Shown here piece by piece: positions 1 through 10,787 of a stretch of DNA of 50,428 nt (position 1 is the stretch's first letter; each line of letters opens with the position of its first letter). A model generated the notes under the pieces. That model saw only the letters and a program-made list of their open reading frames with translations. It was not told the DNA's origin and ran no database searches. The position numbers and the translations under genes are program-made. Origin of the DNA: Nemertoderma westbladi (taxonomy: Eukaryota; Animalia; Xenacoelomorpha); the NCBI GenBank assembly GCA_032718475.1, contig JAUCBJ010006342.1, forward strand, positions 1 through 50,428, read 5' to 3'.

Positions 1-330
1 ACCCCGGGGTGGTGCTGAGAAACCACGCTACGCTTCTGAATATACAGTAGGCCTACACCCCAAATGGTTAATCTTTTTTTAATACAGTATAATATTTACA
101 TACTGTACAGTACTGTAGTACTGTAGTTCTACATACCGGTCGCGATTCTGATAGTTGTCTTTTATCTGTTTCTAGGAATTCAGGGAATCGATTTAAATGT
201 TAAATCCAAGGTTCATTTGGATTTGTTGCGATTGGGTTTATATTAAAGTGAAAAATTTCTACTATAAATAAAAAATTGCAAATAATATTTTGAATTTACA
301 GTGTTTGCCTATCAGCCTATATTAAATCAA

Positions 331-1587
331 ATGGATAGAAAAAAGCAAAGGGTTCTCGATTGCTTTTTACCCCAGTTGATTGAGGAAGCTAACGTCGTTG
401 ATTTGCTTCCACATTTGCAATATATAATACCGTCGGGTGCGAGAGAACGTATAGAATGCTGTAGAACACCCAGTGACTCAATACAACAACTGGTAAAGGA
501 ATTACATAAACGCCATGACGGCATAAAACCATTCGAAAATTTAGTAGAAGCTCTTATTTTGGTTGGATGTGACCATCTCGGTAACACTATTCGTAATTCT
601 TTCGAAAAGACACGGGCAATCGAAGACAATAATTGGGATGATATAAATCGTGTTCTTAAACTATTCCTAAATGAATATAAATCGAAAACTTCCAGTGGCC
701 AACACGTATTAGTCCAACCGTTTCAAAACCTTTCGGATTTATCTAACTCACTCCCATATGTGTCAGATACAGGGAACCCGGGTCGATCTAACGCACCTCC
801 TACATGTCCTAAGGTAAAGTTGGATGAGTCGGTCAAACTCGCAGCTATTCGAGGCATCAATGTAGAGCGAACTCTCCGTCTCTATGTCGAGGATTGGAAG
901 GCCATGGCGATTGAAGGTTTACCGCACATTACATGGATAGAAATCGACGAAATTGATGCGAAATACACGAACCGGGTTGATGCGATGGTTCACGTTTATA
1001 GGCTGTTCATTTGTAATGAATTAACTTTGGGTGATTTGTACAAGACGTTGCGAGCTGTACCGAACACTGCGGCTGCTGTATCGCAAATAGAGGAGATTAC
1101 CGGTGTCTCCGCTCCGAGAATGTCTCAACCGACACGGAACAACTCCGGCCAGTTGTACGTCTCTCCACCCGTTCCACCACGCGTTCCCATTAATGTCGCC
1201 GATTCCAGTGACTCTAGCGTTCCTTCCCCCGTTCCACCACGCGTTTCCATTAATGTCGCCGATTCCAGTGACTCAAGCGTTCCTTCCCCCGTTCCACCAC
1301 GCGTTCCCATTAATGTCGCCGATTCCAGTGACTCAAGCGTTCCTTCCCCCGTTCCACCACGCGTTCCCATTAATGTCGCCGAGTCCAGTGACTCTAGCGT
1401 TTCTTTTGACCGGGTTCCCATTGATGTCGCTGATTTCAGCGATACACCAATTCCACGGCCTTCTGATTGTTCTATCCCGAACAGTATTTCAAACTCTTAC
1501 GATACCCTGCAGTACAGTACAGACAATGATAGTCAAAATTTATCCATCTCCGGGGGGGAAATCGACGCAAATACAGTAAACAGCTGA
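331..1587 (+). CDS. Death-fold adaptor: N-terminal CARD-like domain, central death-domain-like region, Pro/Ser-rich tail with PVPPR repeats
   Basis: Splice acceptor tttacag ends at 301 and the first ATG is at 331. The N-terminus (DLLPHLQYII...LVKELHKR...FENLVEAL...DHLGNTI) has CARD helix spacing. DWKAMA...EIDEID...TLGDLYKTL resembles a death domain. AATAAA near 1694. Domain calls are by eye. Confidence 0.7.
   Translation: MDRKKQRVLDCFLPQLIEEANVVDLLPHLQYIIPSGARERIECCRTPSDSIQQLVKELHKRHDGIKPFENLVEALILVGCDHLGNTIRNSFEKTRAIEDNNWDDINRVLKLFLNEYKSKTSSGQHVLVQPFQNLSDLSNSLPYVSDTGNPGRSNAPPTCPKVKLDESVKLAAIRGINVERTLRLYVEDWKAMAIEGLPHITWIEIDEIDAKYTNRVDAMVHVYRLFICNELTLGDLYKTLRAVPNTAAAVSQIEEITGVSAPRMSQPTRNNSGQLYVSPPVPPRVPINVADSSDSSVPSPVPPRVSINVADSSDSSVPSPVPPRVPINVADSSDSSVPSPVPPRVPINVAESSDSSVSFDRVPIDVADFSDTPIPRPSDCSIPNSISNSYDTLQYSTDNDSQNLSISGGEIDANTVNS
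1162..1420 (+). repeat. Coding 60-bp tandem repeat, about 4 copies, encoding SPVPPRVPINVADSSDSSVP
   Basis: Near-identical units at 60-bp spacing (1168, 1228, 1288, 1348). Confidence 0.95.
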
Positions 1588-1911
1588 TTACTCCCAAATA
1601 TAAAATTGTAACATGTTATATTGACTTTCGTGTTTTGTTTTGGTTAGTTAAAATAACGCGCCACTGTAATGCCACGTTTTTAATTTTTAGTAAAATAAAA
1701 AATCAACAAAAACGAGAAAAATTCATGAATGTTTTGTTTTTGTCGTTTTTTTTTATTCATTTAAAAAAAACGACAAAAATAAGATAGTTATGAAAATTAG
1801 TTTCTGTTGTCTTTTTTTATTTGAAATAAAATTATTTTTTAGTTGGCCATTCTGGGCCACTATATGCTAACGCATTTCTCTAGCATTTTAAAAATTTTAT
1901 TGAGTCATTAT

Positions 1912-2806
1912 TAGAGTTGAAACAGAGACCTATTTTTCTTAATACCGGTGAACCAGAGACATACCCAGATAATTATTTTGAAAAATACCGGAGACCAAAG
2001 CCAGAGATCAGAGAGTTTGCTTATTTTTGTACTTCCAATTGTTTATATTGAACACAAACTTGTACGAATCGGAATGAACTGAGAACTATTTTTTTATGTT
2101 TGAATTACAGTAAAACCAACCCATTCAAACCTTACCCAAAGGAAAAAATAAGCTTACGCTGCCCCCATCCATCCCTATCACCATATCGTGGACCTGTATC
2201 CCTGTATGTATAGACGTACCCAGATAACCACAATCATATACATACCTTTTAATCTCTATATACTTTGTCTTTTACGAATATAGTTAGTGTACAGGTGCTG
2301 TACTTTACTCGACCCTATTGCAAGTTTCGTTACGCTCGTTCTCTTCATTTGGTCGCCGTAATATATAACCTATAACAAGGTGAAAACAGCCCTGCCTTTA
2401 CTTTTACACTTAAACTTATGGGAGCTCAAATGAAGCACCCTTATCCATAAATATGAACCCTCTTCTTTAGGTGCTAATTTATTTTAATTAAAAGCACCTT
2501 AAGTTATAAATAGAAGGTTACCGGTATAGTAGATTTAGGGTGAGTCATGATTAAACATTGTGTAAAAGTGAATATATAATTTTGTTGAAGCGGTGTATGA
2601 AAAATCGTTAAAAATTAAAGAAACTAATAATTATTATAGTAAAAAATATTTGTGAAAAATATTCTTCTTTAATATATTTAATTTGAAAAATCACTGATCT
2701 CTGGGTAAAATGTCTGTTTTCGATACCCGGGAACCAGAGACCTATCCGGAGACCAAAAAACTGCCCGGAGAATCCAGAGATCAGTGACAAGTCTCGTTCA
2801 ACTCTA
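1912..2806. mobile_element. Non-autonomous hAT-type DNA transposon (MITE)
   Basis: TIRs tagagttgaa...ttcaactcta; 8-bp TSD gtcattat at 1904-1911 and 2807-2814. Confidence 0.85.
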
Positions 2807-4109
2807 GTCATTATATTAAATTCAATTCATAACATAACAACATACTGTACAAGTACCACTATTTCTACCGTCTGACTTTCAGTGTAATACAGTAATATTT
2901 GAGTTCTAATTTCTCTGCAACGATTCGCTTTCTTTAACTATAATTTTGTAACTGATCTATGGAAAAAGTTACTATCGACATAGTCTTCGTGTCGCCCCCG
3001 GCCTCGGCCGACTGTGTGCCTGTTCGCTTTGTTTGTCGTAATTTAATCAACGCTTATGTGCTCAATCAAAGCACATTATAACGAACCTGCCTATTAATAG
3101 GCCAGGGTAGTTCTTGTCAAGAGTTCAGCCGTTCAAAAACATGATATGTATGTATAACCATCCAATATCTCAAAAACTCAAGCAGGTACGCAAAAATTTT
3201 AATAACAAACTCTACATAAATTTTGGTTGCGCACAAGACTATATTTTTTGTGTCGTTTCGATCACGGGGTCACTGAAAAATAGCGGTTTTGAAATTTTAA
3301 AGTCGAATTTCACCGATTTCAACTCGTCGGGTATGCACCAACTTTTTTATTTGGGCTATTCAGTCATTTGAGCAACATATTTGAGCCTCAGAATCTTGTC
3401 AAATATCGCCAATCTCGCACAGAACGTCGCCAAAATTTGTTAGTCCGGCAAAAAAACGCACTAATTCGTTTAAAATAGTAAATTATTGGTTGCAGAATAA
3501 TATAATGTGATTCAACTATAGCAAGCTGGCTGGCTATAAGGAGATCGTCCATAGACAAACGTAGTGTTAGTTGGGTCCCTCTTCATTCATTATCATCAAC
3601 CTATAAAACATTTGAACGGCCCAGTGCTTACAATGATATTGAGGATTCACTGGGAAGAGCTATTCAGCTGGCGGGGTAATACATTATACAAACTAACAGT
3701 TAATGTTTGATTACTGTCTGAGATAAAGTGAGGGAGTAATAAATTTAGTAAGTAATATACTTCTCTGCAGTGTGGGCCTATCCATACAATCAATAGTAGT
3801 AGCTTACTAGGCCCACATGAGTACCAGCAGCTGGTGTTTCTATCGTTGAGTTGATGGCAATTTTCGTGGGCAGTGATTTTTTATGTCCTTTTATTTTGGC
3901 TTTTTTGTCCTCCTTTTTTTTACGAATTGTGCATAATGACTTTGGACAGTTGGTTTCACTATGCCTGTGCCAAAACATTCAAAATTCCATGATTTATATA
4001 CTATGAGCTAGATTTCCATATGCGCCTGTGGTAAAAGACTCTAAATTTAATAGTTTGTGGTTGTGGTCGATAATCGATTACCACATGACGTAGCAAAACA
4101 CTCATTTTA

Positions 4110-5127
4110 TAGCCAAAAACAATTACCAATTGATGGAAAGGAGCAGGTTAAGGCCGGATTTTCTATCCAAAACAATAAACAGTCACTTTACCAAATGAAG
4201 GAAATAAGGAGCAGGTTACAGAGGCTAGCCTTTCTAACCAAAACAATAAACGGTCACTTTACCAAATCAGGGAAAGGAGTAGGTTACAGAGGCGGGATTT
4301 TCTAACCAAAACAATAATCAATCACTTTACCAAATGAAGGAAAGGAGCAGGTTACATAGATGGTCTTTTCTAACCAAAACAATAAACGATAACATTACCA
4401 ATTGAGAGAAAGGAGCAGGTTACAGAGGCGGGATTTCCTAACCAAAACAATAAACAATCACTTAACTAATTGAGGGAAAGGAGCAGGTTACAGAGGCTGG
4501 ATTTTCTAACCAAAACAATAAACAGTCACTTTACCAAATGAAGGAGAGGAGCAGGTTACAGAGGCTAGCCTTTCTAACCAAAACAATAAACGGTCACTTT
4601 ACCAAATCAGGGAAAGGAGCAGGTTACAGAGGCGGGATTTTCTAACCAAAACAATAATCAATCACTTTACCAAATGAAGGAAAGGAGCAGGTTACATAGA
4701 TGGTATTTTCTAACCAAAACAATAAACGATAACATTACCAATTGAGAGAAAGGAGCAGGTTACAGAGGCGGGATTTCCTAACCAAAACAATAAACAATCA
4801 CTTAACTAATTGAGGGAAAGGAGCAGGTTACAGAGGCGGGATTTTCTAACCAAAACAATAAACGATCACTTAACTAATTGAGGGAAAGGAGCAGGTTACA
4901 GAGGCGGGATTTTCTAACCAAAAACAATAAACGATCATTTAACTAATTGAGGGAAAGGGGCAGGTTACAGAGGCGGGATTTTCTAACCAAAGCAATAAAC
5001 GATCACTTTACAATATGAAGGAAAGGAGCAGGTTAGGCGGGACTTTCTAACCAAAACAATAAACGGTCACTTTACCAAATCAGGGAAAGGAGCAGGTTAC
5101 AGAGGCGGTATTTCCTAACCAAAACAA
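4110..5127. repeat. About 60-bp minisatellite (ggaaaggagcaggttacagaggcgggattttctaaccaaaacaataaac...), about 16-17 units
   Basis: Directly visible tandem units; a multi-unit block is itself duplicated (about 4170-4500 vs 4510-4840). Confidence 0.95.
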
Positions 5128-6623
5128 CCGGTCAGTCGTACCGTAGGCCTACCATTACCGTATTTAAATGGTAGGCTACACAATAGGCCTACAGCAGTAC
5201 CGGTGCCGGAACCGGTACTAAAATACCTACAATACCTGCTTTAATAATAATAATCACCCATCAATAATCGTTAATAATCGATAATCATCCATCATAATAG
5301 TAACTTGCGAGATGAAATGTTTAAATTCCGCTCCACCAAAAATTAGAGCAATGAAATAATTATACAATGCCAATGTTAGTTACCCCAGTAAGGACTGATA
5401 CTAATTTATACCCGCCGGTATACCATTTGGAAAGCATTATAATGCGCTTGCGTTCAAAATTTTCAAATAAGACCGGATATGTGTTCAGGTTAGATATGCG
5501 GGGGTTAACTAGTTTCAGACCTGCACTTTTCACTTTTCCTTTGTATCTACAATGAAATTTAATGCTTCTCCTTCATTAACGGCATTTAAATTTTATTTAT
5601 AAAATAAGACATTTTTATTTTAAATTTTGAAACAAGTGAGCGGTTTTCTGGTGAAGAAGGGGTTCGTTGGTGAAAAACTTTTATCATATTGAAAAATATG
5701 GAAAAATATAAAATATATACATTTTTTAATACTGTACTTTACCAACATTCGCTTTCAATCCGAGTAATTTTATTTTACTTCCCAGTAATTAGAGTAAGTC
5801 TGGGCCGTTAAAGATTCGGTTTACATAATATTAAGTTTTGGGGCAGACTTTTCGAAGGCTGTATCCGGAGAATTATATCCGAGATAATTCCTTCCCCGAT
5901 AATTCAGTCCCGGGCAGTTTGATCCCATTACCATATTGTATTATACCCCATTGTATTTTCGAGACCGAATTGTCAAAGGCCGAACTGCGCGAGACTAAAT
6001 TGTATTACTGGTTGGGGGTGGTGGTGACCGTGTACCTTACAGAGGTCGACAAAGATTGTAAATTCGATCCCAGAAAAATTATGCGCAAGTTAATATTTCG
6101 TTGCGAAGACCGGGCGGGTTTTACTACTGTACATAGATATGTACATTCTTTAAATTTGGTAGGGCCTACTACAGTACTATTATAGTACTGTAGTAGGCCC
6201 TACCAGTCCTACCAAATTTCATAGAAATGTTAAATCATTTTTCCAATTAAAACGATTTTTCCATTTTTCCTTTCCCCATTTTTAGGGAAAGGGTTATATA
6301 TATATATACAGTAAGTGTAATATAATATTACACTTATATAACCCTTCCCCTAAAAATGGATTAGTTTAGTACTGTTTTGAATTTTGCTAAAAATGTTCTA
6401 AAACACGTCAGCAAAAAAAAGTCGTGCCAATGAGCAGAACCAGCCTTTATAGAAAAGTGTTGAATAGCAAATATTATTACTGTTAGTTAGTTCTATAACA
6501 ATTATTTATTTATTCGTTTCCAATCAGCCCACAGTGCAGTTATTGGTATATTTCATTACAGGATTAAAATTGGCGCCAATGTTGTGCCGATAAACATTTA
6601 ATCAAATTATAAAGTAATGTGAA

Positions 6624-6627
<4 letters not shown>

Positions 6628-6657
<30 letters not shown>

Positions 6658-6711
6658 CATACATACATACATACATACATACATACATACATACATACAT
6701 ACATACATACA
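6628..6711. repeat. (TACA)n microsatellite
   Basis: Perfect tetranucleotide run. Confidence 0.99.
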
Positions 6712-6766
6712 GCACTTTGAAATGATTCTAATAAATCGATGTATTATTTGGTTTTCAATGAACAAC

Positions 6767-7645
6767 TTATTGAAAACTATTAGCAGATACGAAGGTATCG
6801 TCGTCTATCGAGACATCCGCCATTGAGATGGTATCAACATCGTTGTTAGATTCAGGTTTTATGTTAAGCTGGTTTTTCCGTTTCTTAACCCAAAAAATAG
6901 CAATCACTATGAGTAAGGCAGCAACCAATATACCTCCAATAATCCCCAATATCAGTCCTGTCGGTGGCCCTGATTGGGCTTGCACATTACTCTTCTTTAT
7001 TGGTAAATATGTTGTTTTCTCAGAAGTTGTGTTTGATAAAGATGTTGTTTCCTCAGAAGTCGTGTTTGGTAAAGATGTTGTTTTCTTAGAAGTCATGTTG
7101 TTACTCGTATTCTCTGAAGTGGTGGGATCTGCGGTTGTTGTAGTTAGATCAATATACGTTGTTGTTGTGGTTGGAATTAAATCTCCCATATCATTGTTAC
7201 AATTCTTACCCAAACAACAGCGTAAGAAGCACGTGTACTCCTCTCCGCCGATTTTGACATCTTTATCCTCGAATAATGGTGGGCATGGCAACCCTTGTAT
7301 CTGTTCATTCTCGCATTGCGTCTCCTTCCCCTGAAGCTCGTTAATACATCCTATCCATAACAGAGAATTATTTGGCTCGAACAGCCCGTAGCAGTAGTTA
7401 GCCGCACCATCATTCTTACACTTTACACTTTTAACAACCGGTCCGCTACTCTCGTTGTCGTTATCTATTTTACTGATGCAGTCCTCACTATTGTCGCATT
7501 CGATTGATTTGCCGTTTGTTTTTTCGAAGCCCATGCATGAACAATCACCACATGTGTCATCATGAGGAACTTCGTCATTCCTTGAAGTATTGAATAAAAT
7601 AGCTTCAATCGACAATATCAACAAAATGCGGAAGTTTACTACTGT
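6767..7645 (-). CDS. Type I membrane protein: three-finger (activin/TGF-beta receptor or LU-like) Cys-rich ectodomain, Thr-rich stalk, TM helix, short tail without kinase; last coding exon, start exon not located
   Basis: Acceptor ccttttt-cag precedes 7645 in frame (TVVNFRILLILSIEAILF, signal-peptide-like); YCYG...WIGC...CCLGKNCN Cys box; TTTT/TTS stalk; TM GLILGIIGGILVAALLIVIAIFWV followed by KKRK; tail of about 40 aa. Confidence 0.75.
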   Translation of the reverse strand, partial: TVVNFRILLILSIEAILFNTSRNDEVPHDDTCGDCSCMGFEKTNGKSIECDNSEDCISKIDNDNESSGPVVKSVKCKNDGAANYCYGLFEPNNSLLWIGCINELQGKETQCENEQIQGLPCPPLFEDKDVKIGGEEYTCFLRCCLGKNCNNDMGDLIPTTTTTYIDLTTTTADPTTSENTSNNMTSKKTTSLPNTTSEETTSLSNTTSEKTTYLPIKKSNVQAQSGPPTGLILGIIGGILVAALLIVIAIFWVKKRKNQLNIKPESNNDVDTISMADVSIDDDTFVSANSFQ

Positions 7646-8538
7646 CTGAAAAAGGATAATTTATATATCATTGATAAAATAAAATTGTACTATGTTGTTA
7701 GCGGAACCCCCACGAATGTGTAATAATGTACCGGTGCTTACTACAGTTGGAAGGTCATATTATAGAATTTTAATGAACAATGTAGAACCATTAATTTAAA
7801 ATATATTAGTAGAGTAGTTCAAGGTCATGGTAGAACGGATTAATTAACTTTTAACTTTAATAAATAATTGTGATTGATTAATACAGGTGGGTGCGGGTTA
7901 GTGGTTTCGGGGTTATAGGCCTAATATATATAAATCTATTTTATACATCTACAGTAGACCTATTTGTTTGAAATTAATTTCGCACTACTAAATCAAAATT
8001 GCCGTGGCAACATATTTCCCAGCTTTATATCGCAGTGCGACATTATTTCTCGGTACGTCCCTACGCCATACATTTACTATGTATTTCCAGTATATCCAGT
8101 ATGTCACCGCGTCATTATTAAGTTGTTCTAGAAAGTTTGAGTGCAAAACTACAAATAATTCCCCACAAATAAATACAATTAGATTCGCCATTGTTCATAA
8201 TTAGCACTTTAAAGCTTTAACGACCCTCGTTCTCTTATTTCCCTCGCTCCCGAGCGACCATCATGCGTGCCGTAACGCTATAAACTGCTCTTTTATGAAC
8301 AATGACGTGTGTCTATATTATTGCACCAGTTACAAAGTAGTAGTTTAGTAGTAGTCTTCAACCTTATAGTGATTTGTTGGTATCATTTGAAGAGATAGGG
8401 GGGGGGGGGGGGGGGGGGGACTGGATGCAAATCCAATCTTGGCGAATTAATATCCCGCCTCAATGTCAAATCCTCAATTTATGGAAAGGAGCAGGTTACA
8501 GTGGGACGTTATTTTAATCAAAACAATAAACTATACAC

Positions 8539-9637
8539 TGTAAAAGCTTTTGCGGACATAACAAGTCATTTTCTCCGCAATGTACCGTGTAGGTGCTTTA
8601 GCGGACATAACAAGTCATATTTTGCCGCAATGCGCTTAATACTCTAAAGGACTGGAACTCAGATGACGAAATCTGTCAGCTGATTTACTGCATACGTGGA
8701 ACCTCTCTTTGTTCTGCTCAGCCAATCAGAGCGATTTTCATTTTATGTTGGACAAGGGCCTATGTAAAACTGCGCAATGCATTACGGTCTTTGTTTACCT
8801 TTTCTGAGCCTCAGAACACCGGCTTAGAATTCATCTGTGCTTCTGTAGAAGTTTCAGACTTTGGCCAAGACATTAGATGGCTTTGATTATAGGAACGTAA
8901 ATCTATTATCGGGCCACAAACTGCACTGCGGTACTACCGATCACCTACCGACATATACTGACTTTCACCGCATTATTGTACTTCTGTTTATACTGTCTGT
9001 TATTAATTGTTGTATATTGATGGATATGTTGTTATATTTGGAGAATACCGATAAATAATCATAAAACCCCCAATCTTCTTGATTACTGAAGGTAAGAGGG
9101 ACCGGTTACCTGTAGCAATTGCGACTTACATTATAGTGGTTTTTGTATGAATTAAATACTATTTCATAATCCCTACATGTGTCAGTTGCTATCCTCCTTA
9201 TATATGATCAAATTCAGTGACGGTCGGCAGATCAGTGTGAAGTAGTGTGACAGATAATAAAGCATCTCCTAAAGAATGCGTTATTTACGAAACTCAGTAG
9301 CCATCTCGTTGTGTTTAGTATAAGTCATAACTCTGTTTTATATACTTAAAGCACCACGTCCTAAAGGAACTGTTAATATTTCCCTGAAAGTAAATATATT
9401 TGTCAGAGATTATATAGTAACGATCAATCGGATAATACAGTAGGTCTGCACCGCAATCACTTCAAAGCATCCGAATCCAGTCTCCCTTAACAGTGGGTGA
9501 ATGATCGCGCATAGACTGTCTTCGGCTAATGTAACTTTATGTGCACTAAATACTTGTTATAGGCTAAAGTCGATTTATAAACAAGAGGACACCTAAAATT
9601 GGCAGGTTAAACTGCTAAAGGTCTGAAAGCGCGAACA
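8539..9637 (+). repeat. 5' LTR (1099 bp)
   Basis: tgtaaaag...gcgaaca; matches 19893-20991 apart from scattered substitutions, small indels and one divergent block. Confidence 0.97.
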
Positions 9638-10787
9638 ATAATAGATTTTCTCTTGATTGCACAGTAGACAATAAATACATTTGTCTATTGTTCTGGTAAG
9701 AACAATAATAGATTTTAGTTTCTTTATTGCAACGTAGGCAATAAAGTCAAACGTACCGGTCAACCGGTAAGTTGTAGGCCTAACTGCCCGACTACCCGAA
9801 CCGGTACTTACATGTACAGCAGTATTATTCGATTTTGATAATTATATACTGGTAGGTCTTGATATTCAATCGGGGACTGCAGCCCTGGTTTTTTATTGGG
9901 ATTTTACCTATTTCTGTCAGTTTTATTTATCTATAAGTGTAATATTGAGCAGAAGGCGTGTAAGCCTGTTCAGATTGTATAAATAATTTGTAGGCTAGAA
10001 TGTTGTCTGGCTGTTGTCAGGTCTGAAGCGATTGCAGTGTGTGTAGAGTGTATGATGCGATAAAGCATAAAGTACGATAAAGAATAAGTGCGATAAAGTA
10101 CTAGTTAGGAAGGTGGGGGCATCCAGTGTTGTAAGGTAAATCCCCCCTGAAAGAATAAGTCGTACTACTGGGTTAGAATGCATACTAACTAACCATTTCG
10201 GAGTCTGCATATACTGTAGTTTATTTAGGCTTGCCAGTAGTCTGCCAGCATTTGGTCTGTATTTTGTTTGTATAGTCTGCACGGGTAGCGTAATATATAT
10301 TATTCAGAGTCTATGCGAGTATTCGCAACCTACATAACCCTAAGTTTATTCCTACAGTAATTGTGCTTGTTATACATACCGTTATGGTTAAATTAACCCC
10401 GGTACTACATCAGGGCTGCTTGGCGTAGGTAAAGACTGGTGATTTTATGCTCTGGTCACTCCAGCAGATACCGTGGTTCTTTTAGTTGTACAAGTATATT
10501 TAACTGCTGGTTATTTGTTGTATAAGTACTTGTACCTAATTTAGGGTTTAGTGTATAGTGCTTTCCGAAAGTAATTAGTATGTAGGCAGTATATTTGTGT
10601 TGTAAAGTGGTTAATAGGCACGTTAGCTCTGGTTGGCTGCGGTAATTAACTTCTAGGTAAGGACACTCCGGGTACATAACGTAGTACTTATAGTTTAAGA
10701 CTATAAGTTGTCAGACGGTGGTATTTTTTTATCTAGACAACGCAATTTACTTACTACTGCTTTATTGTTTTCAAATACCATAGTATC

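Noticed and set aside
1103-1579. Alternative-frame and antisense ORFs over the 60-bp repeat
   Set aside because: By-products of the coding repeat.
4110-5127. CRISPR-like look of the regular repeats (also 47351-49003)
   Set aside because: No unique spacers, no cas genes, eukaryotic context.
6015-6085. 70-bp match to about 22124-22200
   Set aside because: Short dispersed repeat fragment with no definable ends or function.
7737-7768. Candidate ATG exon for the membrane-protein gene (ATGACCTTCCAACTGTA|gtaagc, minus strand)
   Set aside because: Its phase-2 donor does not fit the phase-0 acceptor at 7645.
8655-8690. Hammerhead-like agatgacgaaatctg in the LTR
   Set aside because: Lacks CUGANGA and a stem II.
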